From contig CAVSBL010000002.1 of assembly GCA_963726255.1 (NCBI GenBank), positions 448,001 to 512,000 of the forward strand: a DNA stretch of 64,000 nt. The letters run 5' to 3'. This document shows, in pieces, positions 60,115 through 64,000 of this stretch. The translations under genes were made by a program, and so were the position numbers. Positions within the stretch are counted from its first letter, which is position 1, and the number at the start of each line of letters is the position of its first letter. The notes under the pieces are model-generated. The model was not told the DNA's origin. It did no database searches and worked only from the letters and a program-made list of their open reading frames with translations. The DNA is from Candidatus Bathyarchaeota archaeon. GTDB lineage: Archaea > Thermoproteota > Bathyarchaeia > 40CM-2-53-6.

Positions 60115-61425
60115 TCAACCATGCGCGAGCTCTGTCGCCAGCTCACGCGTCCTAGCTACAATTTGCCCTACATCAATTGTTTTGAACTGTCGATTCTCCA
60201 TTAGGACTTGCCCATCCACAATCGTAGTGTGAACGTTGGCAGATGAGGCTGAGTAGACTAGGTCTGAGACAACCGTTTCCTTGCCGTAGACCGGGTTCAT
60301 GTTAGGCGACTTTGCGTCCACTAGGATGATGTCCGCTCTCTTTCCCGGTTCGAGGCTTCCGATTTCGCGTTCAACTCCCAAGGCCTTCGCCCCTTGAATC
60401 GTGGCCAAGTCAAGCACCGTCTGGGCGTTCAGAACCGTAGGGTCCCACCTATGCGCCTTGTGCAGCAGAGCGCAGACCTTCATCGTTTCAAACATGTCCA
60501 GGCTGTTGTTGCTCGCTGCGCCATCAGTCCCTAACCCGACGGGGACGCCCGCTTCGAACATTTCCGGTAGGGGGGCGACTCCGCCGCTCGCAAGCTTCAT
60601 GTTTGAAACTGGGCAGTGCGCGACTGCAGCGCCTGACTTGGCGAGAAGAGCGACCTCACTCTTCGTCAGCCAAACACAGTGGGCTGCGAGCATCTTCTTG
60701 GACAGCGCTCCAATCTTATCCAAATATTCGACGACCCGCAAACCATGCTGCTGCTGGGAGTCTGCTTGCTCCTTGCGTGTTTCAGCCACGTGAACGTGGT
60801 TGATCACATCATTCTTCTCGGCAAATTCCTTCGCCCAGACCAGGGTCTCGGCGGAGCAAGTGTATGGTGCGTGTGGGCCCAAGGCGAAGCGGATTCTTGG
60901 ATTGCCAAGGCCCTTGATGTAATCGAGGAATTTCCTACTCTTCTCCTGTTCCATTCGCGCTTTCCCGGGGTCGGATAGATCTATGATGCCGTAAGAAAGG
61001 AAGCCGCGCAGGCCTGATTCGGCCACAGCTTTGGCCACGTCGTCCATAAAGAAATACATGTCCATGAAACTTGTCGTTCCGGATTGGATCATTTCAGCTG
61101 AGCCCAAGAGGGCGCCGTAGTAGCAGGCTTCGCCTGTCAGCTTGGCTTCGAGGGGCCAAATTTTCTTCTGCAGCCAATCCTGCAGCAGCATGTCATCCGC
61201 ATAGCCCCGAAACATAGTCATTGAAAGGTGAGTGTGAGTGTTGATGAGGCCGGGCATGGCGATTTTTCCGTGTCCATCAACCTCTGAGTCAGCAGGGCTT
61301 CTGAGGTTCTTCCCGATTTGCTTGATCTCTCCATCTTGGATGAGGATGGATGCGTCCCGGAACACCTCGCGTTTGTTGTCTTGTGTGACAACCCAGTCGC
61401 AGTTCTTGATCAGCAGCGATGGCAT
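60115..61425 (-). CDS. mtaD: MTA/SAH deaminase-like amidohydrolase
   Basis: PGLINTHTH, PHAPY, HVAET, SNMKLASG, GTDGAASNN; adjacent to ahcY. Confidence 0.85.
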   Translation of the reverse strand: MPSLLIKNCDWVVTQDNKREVFRDASILIQDGEIKQIGKNLRSPADSEVDGHGKIAMPGLINTHTHLSMTMFRGYADDMLLQDWLQKKIWPLEAKLTGEACYYGALLGSAEMIQSGTTSFMDMYFFMDDVAKAVAESGLRGFLSYGIIDLSDPGKARMEQEKSRKFLDYIKGLGNPRIRFALGPHAPYTCSAETLVWAKEFAEKNDVINHVHVAETRKEQADSQQQHGLRVVEYLDKIGALSKKMLAAHCVWLTKSEVALLAKSGAAVAHCPVSNMKLASGGVAPLPEMFEAGVPVGLGTDGAASNNSLDMFETMKVCALLHKAHRWDPTVLNAQTVLDLATIQGAKALGVEREIGSLEPGKRADIILVDAKSPNMNPVYGKETVVSDLVYSASSANVHTTIVDGQVLMENRQFKTIDVGQIVARTRELATELAHG

Positions 61426-61472
61426 GGCCGGTACGCGTGTAAGATTGATTTGGTTGAGTTAAAAGCCGCGCG

Positions 61473-62384
61473 TTAAACGAACGAGGCTACCCCAAAGCCG
61501 CATGCCATCAGAGCAATTGTTAACAGAATGAATAGCACGTTTGAGCCTAGCGCTGGGACCAAGTTGGATGTTCGGTTGTAGTTCTTCAAAGTGATTCGGC
61601 TGGCTTTGTATGCTATGGGTAGGCTGAGGAGCGAGACGAGCACTGGGAGCGGCGCTGCGCCGATAGCCACAGCGAGAATAATTGATGCGTAAGTTGCTGC
61701 CTGGCCTGCCACGTAGAGCCAAGCCGAGCCTTTTTTCCCCACTAGTATTACAATATGACGCCTACCGCCAACTCTGTCAACTTCGGCGTCAGGGAACTCG
61801 TTAAGAAATAGGAGTAGAGCGACGAGAATTGTGATTGGAATCAGTATGACGATGCCTGCAGCGTCGATCAAACCGGTCTGCGTAACGTACACTCCCAAAC
61901 CCATCAGCCCGAAACCGGAGCCAGCGACAATTTCGCTTACGGCGGGAACGCAGAAAGAACTGGCGTGTAGAGGACGATTACGATCGCTCCGTAGACGATC
62001 AGGGGGAGAAGGACGTTGAACAAACGTACCAAGAAGTAGACTCCAATCAAGGCAGCACAGATTATCGTAAACAGGCAGACCGTAAGTGCTTCCGAGGGTT
62101 TCATCATGCCCTTGACGAGTGTGTCGACCCCGCCGCTGAAAGGTGTCTTAGGGGTTTTCGCGTCGATTTTGGAGCGATAGTCGAAGTAATTGTTGAAAGC
62201 GTTCACTGAGGCGTGTGTAAGTAAACCTCCCACCATGACAAGGGCAGCGTCGATGGGAAGGAAGACCCGGTGCGAATAGAATGCGGCTGCTAGGCCGGCG
62301 AATACTATAACGACGGTTAACGGCAGGAAATTCGCTCGAGTAATCGAAACTAAGTTGCTCAAAAGCTACTTTCCAGCTCGCCAC
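61473..62384 (-). pseudogene. UbiA/MenA-family prenyltransferase with two single-base frameshifts (near 62362 and 61950; real or assembly error)
   Basis: NAFNNYFDY..D..TPFSGG and NEFPDAEVD..GRRH lie in different frames. Confidence 0.75.
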
Positions 62385-62463
62385 ACTCGGAGGCTATCTC
62401 AAGCATTTTAACTTACGCGGCCACATTCCACGAACGGAAGGTACGCTCTGGTATCGGGATGAT

Positions 62464-63711
62464 TTGCGCTTGAGCAAAGTCAAAGATCCGTCCTTGGCCC
62501 CTCAGGGTCAGTTGAAAATTGAATGGGCACGTGTGCACATGCCCGTGCTTGAAAGAATCCGTGCGCGGTTTGAGAAAGAAAAGCCGTTTCAAGGGTTGTC
62601 CATGGCGATGTGCATGCACCTAGAAATGAAAACCGCTGTCCTAGGGCAAACAATGCAGGCTGGTGGGGCCTCCGTGGCGATAACTGGTAGCAACCCACTG
62701 TCAACGCAGGATGATGTTGCGGCAGCTCTGGCGAACTCGGGTGTGAACGTGTACGCGTGGCATGGTGTAACGCCCAACGAACACCGCGAAAACCTGTTTC
62801 AAGTTCTCAGCCACAAGCCGCAATTAATAATCGATGATGGCGCCGAGCTTTCGGTGGCAGTTCACACAGACAAGAAGGAGCTTCTCGGGCATGTGATTGG
62901 AGCATGCGAAGAAACCACGACAGGCGTCCACCGCTACAACGCATTGGAGAAGGATGGTTTACTCAAGTATCCCGTGATAGCAGTAAACGACGCCTATAGC
63001 AAATACCTGTTTGACAGCCAATATGGAACAGGCCAATCCGCTCTAGAAGGCGTGATGCGGGCCACAAACATGCTCATCGCCGGAAAAGTAGTCGTCGTAG
63101 CCGGCTACGGTTGGGTGGGACGTGGCATCGCCTTAAGATCGAAAGGCCTCGGCGCAAATGTCGTCGTCACCGAAGTCGACCCCGTCAGGGCGTTGGAGGC
63201 GGCGATGGAAGGGTATCGAGTGATGCCAATGGCGGAGGCCGCCAAGATTGGGGACATATTCATCACCGCTACGGGCGTGAAATCAATCATAACTAAACAG
63301 CACTTCGATGAGATGAAAGACGGCGCAATCATGGCGAACTCGGGACACTTTGATGTGGAAATTGAGGTCAAGGAACTGCGCGCCACTGCTAGCGCAGTAC
63401 GGGTCGCAAGGCAGAATGTGGAAGAGTTCAAGATGAAGGATGGTAGACGGCTCTACCTACTTGCGGAAGGACGTTTGGTGAATTTGGCTGCGGCAGACGG
63501 CCATCCAGCCGAGGTTATGGACATGAGCTTTGCAGACCAAGCACTCGCGGCTGAGTATCTAGTCAAGAACAAGGGTAAGCTGCAGGCAAAGGTCTACAGA
63601 ATGCCGCTTGAGATCGACAAGGAAGTTGCGAATTTGTGGCTTGATAGTCACGGGTTTAAAATCGATAGCCGGAGCGCAGAGCAAACCAAGTATCTCTCTT
63701 CCTGGCAGTGA
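62464..63711 (+). CDS. ahcY: Adenosylhomocysteinase
   Basis: [39 protein letters not shown]. Confidence 0.97.
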   Translation: MRLSKVKDPSLAPQGQLKIEWARVHMPVLERIRARFEKEKPFQGLSMAMCMHLEMKTAVLGQTMQAGGASVAITGSNPLSTQDDVAAALANSGVNVYAWHGVTPNEHRENLFQVLSHKPQLIIDDGAELSVAVHTDKKELLGHVIGACEETTTGVHRYNALEKDGLLKYPVIAVNDAYSKYLFDSQYGTGQSALEGVMRATNMLIAGKVVVVAGYGWVGRGIALRSKGLGANVVVTEVDPVRALEAAMEGYRVMPMAEAAKIGDIFITATGVKSIITKQHFDEMKDGAIMANSGHFDVEIEVKELRATASAVRVARQNVEEFKMKDGRRLYLLAEGRLVNLAAADGHPAEVMDMSFADQALAAEYLVKNKGKLQAKVYRMPLEIDKEVANLWLDSHGFKIDSRSAEQTKYLSSWQ

Positions 63712-63713
63712 CT

Positions 63714-64000
63714 TCAGCCAAGTATCCTCCGAACCACCTGCTTCGTCGGAGCGTTCAGCATCCGCGCCAGGGACATCAAGTAGTCGCTGCGGGCTACGAT
63801 TGTGACGACGGGCGCACTAATCAGATAGTACAGCTTCAGAAAGTTCAACGCGAGAACAAACTTCACCCGGCTCCGCTCGCGGAACCCCTTCTGGGCGCAT
63901 AATTCGTGCCTCAAGCGCATCTGAGCATACTGTTCTGCTCGCTGGTTCGTGTCGGAGAACCAACCAGCATGCGCGCGGAGATTCTTGCTCAATTTTGAAT
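63714..64000 (-). CDS. 3' end of an unidentified gene running off the window
   Basis: Reading frame open to the window edge. Confidence 0.45.
   Translation of the reverse strand, partial: SKLSKNLRAHAGWFSDTNQRAEQYAQMRLRHELCAQKGFRERSRVKFVLALNFLKLYYLISAPVVTIVARSDYLMSLARMLNAPTKQVVRRILG

Noticed and set aside
61900-62384. Breaks in the prenyltransferase gene as further BHB introns
   Set aside because: Frames are restored by single-base indels (one in a T run), with no extra sequence or BHB; pseudogenisation or assembly error

Overview
Archaeal DNA. The gene set (EF-2, aIF-1A, Spt4, Cdc48, FEN1, ATP-dependent ligase, Dph6) and intron-rich tRNA suggest a TACK/Bathyarchaeia-like organism; this taxonomy is inference. 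About 53-64 kb is core chromosome: tRNA-Gly, EF-2, fen, lig, dph6, mtaD-like, ubiA/menA-like, ahcY. About 0-52.8 kb is a large accessory mosaic of single genes and gene fragments. It includes a terminase ATPase, integrase and IS remnants, a Vsr/C5-MTase/MORC-nuclease R-M locus and an ArsR-GcvH-DGC-OsmC operon. It is punctuated by about 20 tRNA-3'-end-derived motifs that often sit at gene breakpoints. Main observations: (1) EF-2 is interrupted by a 29-nt intron folded as a bulge-helix-bulge (BHB) motif, and removing it restores the conserved IRNMGIIAHVDHGKT motif and a 729-aa protein, implying mRNA splicing by the tRNA-splicing endonuclease; (2) a tRNA-Gly(CCC) gene carries three non-canonical BHB introns (3/4, 15/16, 45/46); (3) a possible cassette-like recombination system built on tRNA-end sites. 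All family assignments come from motif recognition by eye; no searches were run.
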